Assembly: GCA_951406725.2 (NCBI GenBank)
Contig: OX597819.1
Location: forward strand, 52,328,001 to 52,392,000
Direction of reading: 5' to 3'
From: Octopus vulgaris
Lineage: Eukaryota
DNA: 64,000 nt
Shown here: in pieces, positions 52,497 through 64,000 of the stretch
Numbering within the stretch: the stretch's first letter is position 1
Layout: each line of letters begins with the position of its first letter
Notes under the pieces: model-generated
Database searches by the model: none
Seen by the model: the letters and a program-made list of their open reading frames with translations, nothing else
Told to the model about the DNA's origin: nothing
Position numbers and translations under genes: made by a program

Positions 52497-52890
52497 CTCT
52501 TTAATTTTACTTGTTTCATTTGAATGTGGCCATGCTGGAGCACCGCCTATAGTCGAGCAAATCGATCCCAGGACTTATTCTTTGTAAGCCTAGTACTTAT
52601 TGTATCGGTCTCTTTTGCCAAACCACTATGTTAAGGGGACGTAAGCACACCAGCATTGGTTGTCAAGCGATGTTGGAGGGGGAAAAACACAGACACTCAA
52701 ACACACACACATATATATATATATACATATATATGATGGGCTTCTTTCAGTTTCCATCTACCAAATCCACTCACAAGGCTTTGGTCGGCCCGAGGCTATA
52801 GTGGAAGACACTTGCCCAAGGTGCCACGCAGTGGGACTGAACCCGGAACCATGTGGTTCGTAAGCAAGCTACTCACCACACAGCCACTCC
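52497..52890 (-). mobile_element. SINE family A
   Basis: Full-length copy. Confidence 0.9.
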
Positions 52891-52921
52891 AACGCTTATA
52901 GCTACTTACCAAGAAAGATTA

Positions 52922-53345
52922 GCATCATCATCATCATTTTAATGAACAATTTTCCATGCTTGAATGGGTTGGATAAAATTTTGTTGAGGTACATTTACTA
53001 CAGCTGGACACCTTCCCTGTCACCCACCCTCAACTGTTTCCAAGAGAGGCAATGTATTTCCCTCCATGACCAGACATGTTACTCATGGAAGATGAATGAA
53101 TGACACCACTTTCGTGATGGTAACGTTCGTTTGACTGTCACATGATGTCAAGGCAAAGAGACAGTAACACACACGTACACACACATACGATGGGTTTCTT
53201 TCTATTTCTGTCTACAAAATCCCCTCACAAGGCATTGGTTGGCTCGGGGTTATAGCAGAGGACACTTAGCCAAGGTGCCACCTAGAGGGATTAAACCTAG
53301 AACCATGTGGTTGGGGAAGCAAAATTCTATCACATAGCCATGCCT
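52922..53345 (-). mobile_element. Chimeric SINE: family A head/core, alternative body, family D (GAT)n tail
   Basis: A-type head at 53185-53345; body also seen at ~33200-33365; D-type tail at 52922-53035. Confidence 0.7.
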
Positions 53346-54504
53346 ATTTCACATGAAACAAAAAGTATCATCATTTATTGCCCATTCTGCAAGCTTTCCT
53401 GCTTACCAAGAATTTCTACCAATTTTGTGGAATCCTTGTACACACCATTTCTCCACTGGGATTACTCTGCAAGTGAACTATGATGATATTACAGTGTGTC
53501 ACATCCCCAGGAAGTGTAACCTCTTTGACTTTGCCAACTATCGATAAATTGCTTTAATATTCAACGTAACAAAAGTGAGGTTAATAGTTGTAGGTAAACA
53601 TCTTATTCCATCAACTTGAGTTGGTTTGATTCTCTGATGTTACCAATAGCAACATTGCAGAATGAGATTCTACTGGAGTAGGGTGAGAAATAAGTAACCG
53701 GGATCAGATTGTGTATGTGTTTGGTAAGACTGAAGAGGAAAAGGTAGAGAAACAGTAGTGAGAGAGAGGGAGGGGGGAGAGCGCAAGAGAGAGAGAGAGA
53801 GAGAGAAAGAGGTGGGGCATGATAGCATAGAAAATAGATAGTTAGAGAGAAATTGAAGGAGGTAGAAAATGATGGAGAGAGTATAAAGAATATAACTTAT
53901 ATATAACATTCATTTAAATTGTACATTTGGTTTTAAATCTTTTTTTTTTTTTTTTGGCAAGCACATACAAAACAAGATATTGATTGAGGCCTGGGACCAT
54001 AGCAGAAGACACTTGTCCAAAGTGGTGTGGAGTGAGATTGAACCGGAATCCACATGGTTGTGAAGCAAAGCAAAGTTTTTAACCACACAGGTATGGCCTA
54101 TACCCATTAAACCACATTTACAAGTTTGCTTTCTGCATGAACATACATAATGACATAACAACAAGGCGTGGTTATGCATTATTTAACAATGCATGATACT
54201 ATTATCACCATGAACATTGTTCAGTCATGCACAAGAGAGGTGGTTGTAGTGGTGGTGGTGGTGGTGGTGGTGGGATGATGATGAGTACACAATTAGTCAA
54301 TACTTATGCACTGATTTATCTACACTGATCAACATAAAAAAAAAAATATATATAAGGTATTATGGCAACAAGATTATAATAAAATCTTTTTTCATGAATA
54401 CTCAATCAATGTACCAGATCATTGGTTGTGAGATCAAAACCCAGGTGTTTCAAGGCTGCTGAGCAGAGATACAGTTTATAAATTTTATTTACCCTTTCAG
54501 TCAT

Positions 54505-54921
54505 TTGTTTCAGTCATTTGACTGTGGACATGCTGGAGCACCGCCTTTAGTTGAGCAAATCGACCCCAGGACTAATTCTTTGTAAGCCTAGTACATATTC
54601 TATCAGTCTCTTTTATCGAACCGCTAAGTTACGGGGACATAAACACACCAGTATCGGTTGTCAATCAATGTTGGGAGGACAAACACAGACACACAAACAT
54701 ATACACACATACATATGTGTATATATATATATATACATATATACAACGGGCCTCCTTCAGTTTCCGTCAACCAAATCCGCGCACAAGGCTTGGTCGGCCC
54801 AAGGCTATAGCAGAAGACACTGCGCCACACAGTGGGACTGAACCCGGAACCATGTGGTTCGTAAGCAAGCTACTTACCACACAGCCACTCCAATGCCTAT
54901 ATTTACCACACAGCCACTCCT
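54505..54921 (-). mobile_element. SINE family A with duplicated 5' end
   Basis: TTACCACACAGCCACTCC occurs twice in tandem. Confidence 0.85.
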
Positions 54922-54989
54922 ATGCCTATTTATTTATTACTATTATAAATATTATCATTGCTATTTATTATTATTATTATTATTATTAT

Positions 54990-55510
54990 TGAGTGAGAAA
55001 GCAGTATGTGCCATCAAAGTGATGCTGGGATACAAATATACGAAGCCCAATATACCCATCATGACTACCCATCTAATAAGGGTACACCAGGCACATGCAT
55101 CACTACCATATGTGCATGACATGGTGATCTCATATCAAGATAAACAGCACATGAACTTGCAGGTGGGGCCTAGTTCAAATTTCCCAGCTCAAAAGGTCCC
55201 TGAATAAGGGTTGTTTAAAGATAAATGAAACACCCATATTTCCAGAGGTGAATTATTCAAACACCAAAGAATTCCTCTCGACACACGGTGATGTTGCTCC
55301 CCCACTGCTCCTTTTTATGATCAGAGATGCACATATCATCAGCCACCAAGGGACTTAACCGGTTAAGGGCAAGCAACTGACAAGCAAATCTACAATATTG
55401 AGCAGAATATTTGCTGTAGCACCAAGACAAAACATGTAGATATTAACACTTCCAATCAGTTAAGATCAGAAGCCATGAGAGCCACTGCCATGCACTGCAT
55501 TGGGGCATTT
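54990..55510 (-). mobile_element. Family C element in (ATT)n
   Basis: Reverse complement of 4278-4800 with the same 5' start; (ATT)n on both sides. Confidence 0.85.
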
Positions 55511-55716
55511 ATTATTATTGCTATTGATATTCAGTTCCACTGTGTGGCACCTTGGGTAAGTGTCTTCTACTATAAGCTCCAGGTTGATCAATGCTGTACG
55601 AGTGAATTTAGTACATGAAAACTGTGTAAAAGCCTTTAATGTATGTATGTATGTATGCAGGTGTATGTCTTTGTCTTTGTCCCTCACCACTAACACTTGA
55701 AAACTGGTGTTGTTTT

Positions 55717-56033
55717 ACAGTTCTATATTTAAGAGATGAGGAATTATGTACATTATTTACATTTGACAGATATTTGTCCTCATCTTGTTTGTTGCTAACA
55801 CAACGTTTCAGCTGATATGCTCTCCAGCCTTCATATCAGGTGTCTTGGGAAAACTTCAAACCTGAGTTCTCATTCCTAAGGTATTTTTCAATTTTATTAT
55901 TATTATTCAGGTCACTGCCTGGAATCAAACTCAGAATCAAGGGTTAGTAGCCCGCGCTCTTAACCACTAAGCCATATGCCCAGCAAACCAAGATGAGGAC
56001 AAATATCCATCAAATGTAAATAATGTAAATAAT
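55717..56033 (-). mobile_element. tRNA-headed SINE carrying a Penelope-type hammerhead, with an inverted tail duplicate
   Basis: Head 55981-55908 (TGGCTTAGTGG; GAGTTTGATTCC); hammerhead 55843-55798; 55982-56033 is an inverted copy of ~55743-55795; imperfect 12-bp flanking repeat. Confidence 0.8.
55798..55843 (-). ncRNA. Minimal type I hammerhead motif with a 2-nt core duplication
   Basis: Minus: ACAC-CTGAT(AT)GAA-GGCTG-GAGAGCATAT-CAGCT-GAAACGTT-GTGT. Confidence 0.75.
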
Positions 56034-57054
56034 ATGGCATTGTTTTGTTTAAGTTTCTGTAACTTAGCAGTTCAGCAAAAGACACCAATAAAATAAGTGC
56101 TGGGGTTGATTTATTCCACCAAATACTTCAAGGCAGTGCCCAGGTATGGCTGCAGTCCAATGAGTGAAACAAGTAGAAGATAAAGACAAGTAGAATGATA
56201 ATTAAAAAGCAGGTGGGTAAGTATGGAGGTAAAACACTTCAAGACTGGAATCACTGCGACACCAACTGACCATATTAGTAATTATTTCTCTCAAACAGAG
56301 AAATTGATACAGCTGTTATAATTAACCAAAGTTAAGGAATTTCAAATGACATTGCACAACACATCTTCCACACCAACACCACATCACACACACACTTGTA
56401 TAATGTGAGATTCCTTAAAGGAAACAAAAGAAGAGGTGAAATGAAAACAGCCCCCGAGAAGGAAAATAATAATATGAAAACAAATAGAAAATTGGTAAAA
56501 ATGGAATAAAAGAAAATGACCATTACACAAGAAAATAAATGTCCCATCTCCCGACACAAAAATAAAATCCACTCTCCACCCACCCTACTCTCATATGAAA
56601 CCCGCTGGTCTTTTCTAATCACTCTTTAATTAAGAAAGGCAATATTAAGCCTAAACGAAAACATTGCTTTACATGTTTGCAGTGTTGAGAAATTAATAGC
56701 ATGAATTGGTGGAAGCAATTAACAGTTCTAGGCCTGCTGTTGTTGCTGTTGGTGTTGTCATTGCTGGTGGTGGTGGCTGTGGATGTGTAGAGGCAGTATT
56801 GATACAAAGCAGTGGAAATATTTTCAATCAAAACATTCTCGACTTATCAAAAGAGTCTTAATGATAAAGCAACTAAACGGCACTGGAATATATTTCTTCA
56901 TCAGTTCTCGGCAGCAACATTTCACGACACTGGTGACATCTATTGTAAAAAAGGTTAACTCTACTCGGACTAGATTATGATCAGATTCTACTCAATGACA
57001 ACTAAAACCACCTCCATATCTCCACCATACCATCACTACTTTTACTACTACTAT

Positions 57055-57090
<36 letters not shown>

Positions 57091-58035
57091 AGCTATACCA
57101 ACAATAGTACCAGCGATCTAATGCAAAACAAACATTATATCATTCTGCCTTGCAACTATTCCCAATGTGTTTCCTTTTCTATAGTCCACATTTTTCTGGG
57201 TTTTATTTTTATTTTTATTTACATATTAATTTATGTCTTCGGGAGTAGAATGCAGTCTCTTAGCAACTCAACTCCTGAGACAAAGCAAGGTTTCAGAGGC
57301 AAACATTGGAGAAGTGGGGGGTGAACGAAAAAAAAAAAAAATTCATCTTCCATCCATCTTTACACTAAGATTTGCAATGTTTATAATTATAAGCATTATT
57401 ACATGCTAATTAGTGACACTATAAAAACAAGACCTGGACAAAAAGGAAAAAAAATAATAGGCGGCAAGGTAGGTGAGGAAGTGGAACAGGAAAACAATTA
57501 ACAAGTTAGTTGTTATACTGCTGCTAACAGAACTGATTATTAAAAACTGTAATCTCTACTAGATAAATGAAATGTAATAGGAAAAATATGTATACAAAAG
57601 ATAGTATTTATATATTTTAACCTATAAATATAAATAATTTAAGCAACAGAAAATTATAAAGTACTTCTACATTCAATAAACAAAATAATTAACAGACAAT
57701 ACATTTAGAATTTCAACGCATGGTTTTCAGATATTATAAATAAAATTTTATGACTTTTGTGGTGTAAGGGTGGTGCAGTGACAGAATCATCAGATCATAG
57801 TTAAAAATGCCTTGTGGTATTTGTTTTGATTCTTTATATTCTGAGTTCAAATCCCACTGGGGTATTTTTCTTCATTTCATGCCTTTGGAGTTGAATAAAA
57901 TGAAGTTCAAATCAAATACTGAGGGTTGATAGTGCTAGCTCACCCTATTGCTTATCTTACACCTAAATTAGAAATTATTATTTTTCCGGCTTAACATGCT
58001 ACATTTCACAGAACATCAACATGCTATGGTGCACA

Positions 58036-58330
58036 ACATCATCATTTAACATCTGTTCTCCATGCTGGCATGGGTTGGATGGTTTGACAGGAGCGGGCAA
58101 GCAGGAGAGCTACACCAGCTCCATTTGTACGTTTTTGCATGGTTTCTATGGCAGGATGCTCTTCCGAATGCCAACCACTTTACAGAGTGTACTGGGTGCG
58201 TTTTACATTGCACCAGCATGGGTGCTTTCTATGTGGCATCTGATACCAACATGGGTGCTTTTCACAGGGTACCTGTGGGTTTACCAAGCCAAGTAGCTTG
58301 CAAGACAAAGACCTTTCAGCTAAGGGAGGG
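58036..58330 (-). mobile_element. Family D element
   Basis: (CAT)n, CCATGCTGGCATGGGTTGGA, internal GGGTGCTTT units. Confidence 0.75.
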
Positions 58331-58357
58331 AGGTGGATTTGAAATTTTGGAACTACT

Positions 58358-58737
58358 GGAGTGGCTGTGTGGAAAGTAGCTTGCTTACCAACCACATGGT
58401 TCCAGGTTCAGTCCCACTGCGTGGCACTTTGGGCAAGCATCTTCTGTTATAGCCTCGGGCTGACCAAAGCCTTGTGAGTGGATTTGGTAGATGGAAACTG
58501 AAAGAAGCCTGTCGTATATATGTATATATATGTGCGTGTGTGTGTGTCCCCAATATTGCTTGACAAATGATGCTGGTGTGTTTATGTCCCCGTAACTTAG
58601 CAGTTTGGCAAAAGAGACCAATAGAATAAGTACTAGGCTAACAAAGAATAAGTCCTGGGGTCGATTTGCTTGACTAAAAGTGGTACTCCAGCATGGCCAC
58701 AGTCAAATGACTGAAACAAGTAAAAGAGTAAAAGAGT
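58358..58737 (+). mobile_element. SINE family A
   Basis: Full-length copy ending (AAAAGAGT)2. Confidence 0.9.
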
Positions 58738-59561
58738 AGTGTTCTAGAGAAAGAGAGAGACATATCTTTTTACAGGTTTCTTGGCTGCACATTGGTCACA
58801 GCTTTCTTTAATTGCTCCTCTGGGGGGTACACTGAAAGCTCAGGGTATGCCACTTTTCTCCTTACTTTTCCTTCTTACATAAAACTTTCAGGCAAGACGA
58901 CAAAGTTTTCCATGACATACTTCAACTGCATTATAATTTTGAGTAGTTGCAGTAGTAGGAAATGGCTCTAAGTTCACAGTTCCTCAATGGCTCACAACAC
59001 TGGCAAAGCTATTTTCGCTATTGTTTGCATTATACAAATTTTGGTTATTGCCAGTCTCTGTTTACATTACAAATATGTCCGTTTATGTGTGTTTCTGTGT
59101 ATTTTTCAGAGAATCAATGTTTGTGTTTGCAATTCCATTTGTTAGTCTAATTGTCATAAACTTTTTTTTCTTTGCTTGTCCTTTTTTTTTTTAACAGTCT
59201 GTGTTTTTATTTTCATAATTTTCAATGAAATTTTCTTTAAAAACCTAGGAAGTACATATGCTGCTACATCCTTTGCAGTTACTACCTCCTACCACTTCTC
59301 CAGACAAAGAAGCCACATTGTTTACACAAGTAAGTGAAAGTTTATAAAACAAAAGGAAATACATATGTCCAAAAGCAATATTTTACCCTTAGGCAAACAG
59401 TGTGGATACTCAAAGGTTCCAAAATGCAATAAACCAACCTCAATGATAAAATACAAATAGTCTAGGAAATGAAATGTGACAAAAATCTAATTCTTTTAGG
59501 AGCTGTGTTACAGATGTCTGGTACTGGCAAATGACATTAATAACAACAACAACAACAACAA

Positions 59562-59781
59562 CTGTTTTCAATTTAGGTACAAGGTCAACATTTTAGAGGA
59601 GAGAGAGGGTTAGTCATTATTATCAACTCCAGTGCTTCAATGGTGCTTTATTTTTATCAACCGTGTGGAGAATGAAAGGCAAAGTTGAACTCAGTGGGAT
59701 TTGAAATAAGAACATAAATCTGGAAGAAATGCCAATAAATGTGTAATGTCTGAAGTTCTAATAATTCAGTCAGTTCCCTGC

Positions 59782-59824
<43 letters not shown>

Positions 59825-60060
59825 TAATAATAATAATGATGATAATGGTTTTGGATTTTGGTACAAGGCCAGCAGTTCCAAGGTGGAAGTAGGTCAGTTA
59901 CACTGACCCCAGTGCTCAACTGGTCCTTATTTCATTGACCTCAAAAGGATGAAAGACAAAGTCAGCCTCAGTGGAATTTGAACTCAGATTGAAAAGATGG
60001 GCAAAATATCACTAAGCAGTTTTTTCCAACATGCTAATGATGCTGCCAGTACACACCCTT
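59562..60060 (-). mobile_element. Two SINE family B copies separated by (AAT)n
   Basis: Reverse-complement core motifs occur twice. Confidence 0.75.
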
Positions 60061-60074
60061 GATGATGATGATGA

Positions 60075-60329
60075 TAAAAAGTAAAGTTCCTTCTGGAGTC
60101 ATTTAATCTCATAAGGGCTGGTTTTCCAATTTTTATGGTGTATATATTCCCCACCTGGATGGAACACCAGTCCATCACAGGATTACTCACTTTTGCCTTC
60201 TGAGTGAACTGGAGCAATGTGAAATGAAGTGTTTTGCTCAAGAACACAATGTGTCACCTGGTCCAGAAATCGAAACTACAATCTTACAATAGTGAGTCCA
60301 ACACCCTAACCACTAAGCCATGTGCCTCC
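60075..60329 (-). mobile_element. tRNA-derived CORE-type SINE (tail variant 3)
   Basis: Minus: TGGCTTAGTGG, GTTTCGATTTC, CORE-like block, then CCTGTGATGGACTGGTGTTCCATCCAGG. Confidence 0.8.
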
Positions 60330-60504
60330 ACTAATAATATTAATAATAATAATAATAATTTCTTTTGTCTACCATGAGAGTGACAGATTAGGAGGAATAA
60401 TATAAAGGGATGTAAGACAGTGTGGTGATTTATACAGAAGATTGAATGAGGAACAAAAGAAAAACAATAAAAAAACATGAAATAGAAGTACACGTGGTAT
60501 ACAA

Positions 60505-60690
60505 ATTTATGCCACAAAGGCCGCTTGCAGGAGGGGATTAAGTCGATTACATTGACCCCAGTGTTTCACTGGTACTTAATTTATTGACCCCAAAAGGATG
60601 AAAGGCAAAGTTGACCTTGGTGGAATTTGAACTCAGAATGTAGCAACAAATGAAACACTACTAAGAAAATAGCAACAGGTGAAATACTGG
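60505..60690 (-). mobile_element. SINE family B fragment
   Basis: GACCCCAAAAGGATGAAAGGCAAAGTTGACC on + strand. Confidence 0.8.
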
Positions 60691-61020
60691 TATATAAATA
60701 ATGAAAAATGGTGATGTTGCATTCCTCTAAATACTTAAGAGCAAATTGAGGAATCCTAGAGATTCAAGATCACCTTGAGCACCACAGAGATGTGCCCACT
60801 CCAAACACTATTCTCTGATTTTTGCATTCAGTGGCCCTGAATGCACTTACCCACCCTTCAATATATTCACATAAGGATAGTACCAGAGTGAGGTCTTTGA
60901 CAATAAGAGAAATACACATTCTTTTCACTGGAGGGTGCTACATAATAGCAGAGAGAGAGAGAGAGTGAGTGAGTGCTTAAAGAAAGAGAATCACTTTTAA
61001 GCTTTTTTTTCTTTCTTGTG

Positions 61021-61776
61021 TTACTCTACTCTTTTACTTGTTTCAGTCATTTGACTGCGGCCATGCTAGAGCACCGCCTTTAATCGAGCAACTCAACCCC
61101 AGGACTTATTCTTTGTAAGCCCAGTACTTATTCTATCGGTCTGTTTTACCGAACTGCTAAGTGATGGGGACATTAGCACACCAGCATCGGTTGTCAAGCA
61201 ATGTTAGGGGGACAAACACAGACACACATACATACACGCACACACACACATATATATATATATACTAGCAGTATCGCCCAGCGTTGCTCGGGTTTGTAAG
61301 GAAAATAACTATATAAGCATTTTTAGAGAGTTACTTCCCTTATAGATGCCAATTCGGGCTTTCTTAGCCATTTCTGTTTTGGTGTCTTCAAGCCATGAAG
61401 TCGTTGTTCTAAAAGAACGCTGGTCTCCTTGACAACGCTTTACGACGTTGATTTCCTTACACTCCCTTCCCCACAGCTTCACGAGGGAGGGAAGAAGGGG
61501 GAGAAGCAAACAGGTGCACGTGTGACCATGTACGCTAACTCCGCCGCCATCGACACACGAAAAATTATGCATTAAAATGGAATAAAAAATGATGTTAAAT
61601 TATTTTTTAAATCGTAGACTCATCGTAGACGTGCGCTAATACTCAGACAGGCCCGATATGAATCACGACTATAAGATACCCGAATTTGGTTAAACTGCAC
61701 CGCAAAATGTGGGAGTAGTTAGGAATCTAAATCGAAGGGGACAGACACTCACACAACTACAGTTTTATATATATAG

Positions 61777-61807
<31 letters not shown>

Positions 61808-61968
61808 TATGACGGGCTTCTTTCAGTTTCCATCTACCAAATCCACTCACAAGGCTTTGGTCGGCCTGAGGCTATAGAAGAAGACACATGCCCAAGGTGC
61901 CACGCAGTGGGACTGAACCCGGAACCATGTGATTGGTAAACAAGCTACTTACCACACAGCCACTCCTG
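61021..61968 (-). mobile_element. Full-length SINE family A interrupted by a Helitron
   Basis: Tail 61021-61260 and head 61790-61968 are collinear around the insert. Confidence 0.88.
61265..61777 (-). mobile_element. Non-autonomous Helitron (513 bp)
   Basis: Minus: A|TCTATATATATAAAA...CCCGAGCAACGCTGGG hairpin...CTAG|T. 5'-TC, 3'-CTAG, subterminal hairpin, inserted in AT with no TSD. Confidence 0.9.
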
Positions 61969-62489
61969 CACCTGTGTTGTAAAAATTTTTATTGGAGAGT
62001 GAAAAGTGGACAGAGGAATCATTTTTTTTCCATGTGATTTTTTTTTTTAATTCATAAAAATGAAGCTTGTTGACACCTACCAAACATCTCTGTTGGTTTT
62101 CTTTAGGTTGCTGTCGCCAGTCAGTGACAATCTCTCGTTGCACTTTTGAGCACGGATGTATCTAGAAGAGAGGTAAAAAAATAAAAATAGAAGTTCAATG
62201 CCAAGTATGAGCGGGAATATATACAACTGGAATAAAAAAGAAAAAAAAAATTAAAACACAGACAGAAATATGAGAAGGTTAGTTTTATGAAATATGATTT
62301 ATAAAGAACAAACAGACATACACACACACACATGATGATAGTATTGTGATAGATTCATTGAAACCATTAAAAACACATTCAAAAATATTACATTCACTTT
62401 TATTATAGCATTTTATATGTAACCAATATATGTTTTTATTGATACTCCATTTTACTGACCTTGGGTGCATGTGTGCATGTATGTGTATA

Positions 62490-62730
62490 TCATCATATTC
62501 ATCATCATTTAGTGTCCATTTTCCATGCTGGCCAGCCAAAGAGCTGCACCAGGCTCCAATTATTTGTTTGGTATGGTTTCTATAACGGAATGCCTTTCCT
62601 AACACCAACCATTTTAGAGTGCATTGGGTACTTTATATGTTGCACCTGCACCTGTGCTTTTTAAGTGGCACTGGTGTTGGTGCTTTTCATGTGGCACCAG
62701 CACAAATGCTTTTTATGTGGCACCAGTACA
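62490..62730 (-). mobile_element. Family D element
   Basis: CATCATTTAGTGTCCATTTTCCATGCTGG...CCTTTCCTAACACCAACC, plus tandem GTGCTTTT...GTGGCAC units. Confidence 0.7.
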
Positions 62731-62968
62731 GATACACTGAAATAAAATACATGTGATCACATCATATCACACTCATAATCTAAGCAGGTTCTGTGGCCAA
62801 TTTTTCTAGGATTTTCATGGAATGTCACCACTTCTTAAATCAAATGAAACTTCTTTGAAGAAGCAGTGGCACACTATGATAATTCCAGAGTAATGGGCCA
62901 CTGGAGTGGCTTAAACAAACACTGCAGTCTACATTTGTATTAAGTACTTCTGTGTGTGTGTGTACATA

Positions 62969-63122
62969 CAGTCATGACCAAGAATTTGGAACACAGGTCT
63001 GAAAATTAGAATTCTTATATTAAAAGCCCAAATATGTACATTGTATATATTTCAATTGAATTGTAGTTGGGTATAACAATTTTAGTTTTAAAAAAAAAGT
63101 TCCAAAACTTTGGCTGCAACTG
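62969..63122. mobile_element. Tc1/mariner-type MITE (154 bp)
   Basis: TA|CAGTCATGACCAAGAATTTGGAAC...GTTCCAAAACTTTGGCTGCAACTG|TA; 16/24 TIR match, mostly transitions. Confidence 0.65.
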
Positions 63123-63199
63123 TACATACAGATACATATCGTATTTTATTTTGATTGAGTCAGTCACTTGCAAAGTAATCTCTACTATGGTGGCTAAAA

Positions 63200-63304
63200 T
63201 GATTGGCAGCAGGAAGGGGATCCAGCCATAAAATACTGCCTCAGAAATGCAATCTAATCCATGCCAGCATGCTAAAACAGATGTAAAACATTGATGATGA
63301 TGAT
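63200..63304 (+). mobile_element. Family D 3' end
   Basis: TTGGCAGCAGGAAGGGGATCCAGCCATAAAA...CCATGCCAGCATG...(GAT)n. Confidence 0.65.
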
Positions 63305-63311
63305 TCTATAT

Positions 63312-63362
<51 letters not shown>

Positions 63363-64000
63363 ACGTACACACAGAAGGCACAGTAATAGAATACAAATGG
63401 GTGTTGATTAAACAAGAGACATAGGAAATTAGAAAGACAATGGGTGAGACAGAAAACAGTGAATGGAAGAGAGAAACTAACAAAAACAATGCGGTAGACT
63501 TAAACAAGAGACAGAAGGCTTATCAAGATACTCCAGTATATAAATATAAAAGAAACACCCAACAAAAACCAACAACAAAAGAAGATATATTCTTAATAAA
63601 AATCAGTATCATGTGTATAGACATGCTTTTTGGTAAACTGGGGAGTAAGGAAAGAGATTATATTAAATTCTCTTGACACAGTCTATTACATAAACTAGTG
63701 AAAGGAACGCCTCTCCTCACCAAAAGACATGAAAATAAATGGAAATTGGCAAACCGCAGAGAAGAGGAAGGGCGGTGCAAAAATAATCAACAAGAAAGAG
63801 AATAGCAGGAATAACAACAAGAGACACTATCAAGAAAAATTCCCCCATGTAGATATCAAAAACATATTTTCATAGATGAAAGAGATATGGAAAGATAACA
63901 GATGGAATTTTAAATAAATGGTATAAAAAAAAGAAATAAAACAAAACAAAAAACAAGAGGAAACTTACTGTGAGAATAAATAAATTAATAAAATTGTAAG

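Larger units (their letters stand above)
55525..56187 (+). mobile_element. Diverged SINE family A, split by the 55717-56033 insertion
   Basis: Head/core left of 55716 and tail right of 56035 join up collinearly. Confidence 0.75.

Overview
Eukaryotic, AT-rich, extremely repeat-dense animal DNA. The microsatellite load and the tRNA-derived SINE families look like an octopod cephalopod (Octopus-like); this is an inference from repeat content. I find no protein-coding gene I can support: nearly all listed ORFs are translations of microsatellites or SINEs. The window looks like a long intron or a gene desert. It contains dozens of SINE copies in several modular families (working labels A-E), an (AAT)n-embedded element, a non-autonomous Helitron, piggyBac- and Tc1-type MITEs, a MITE with internal telomere-like repeats, and islands of unique, enhancer-like sequence. 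The most striking signal is a set of Penelope-type minimal type I hammerhead ribozyme motifs. One sits in a compact element that joins a tRNA-derived pol III head to a hammerhead-bearing tail with an inverted tail duplicate (55717-56033), i.e. a candidate ribozyme-containing, Penelope-mobilised SINE. Coordinates were read by hand; ends of diverged repeats are approximate.
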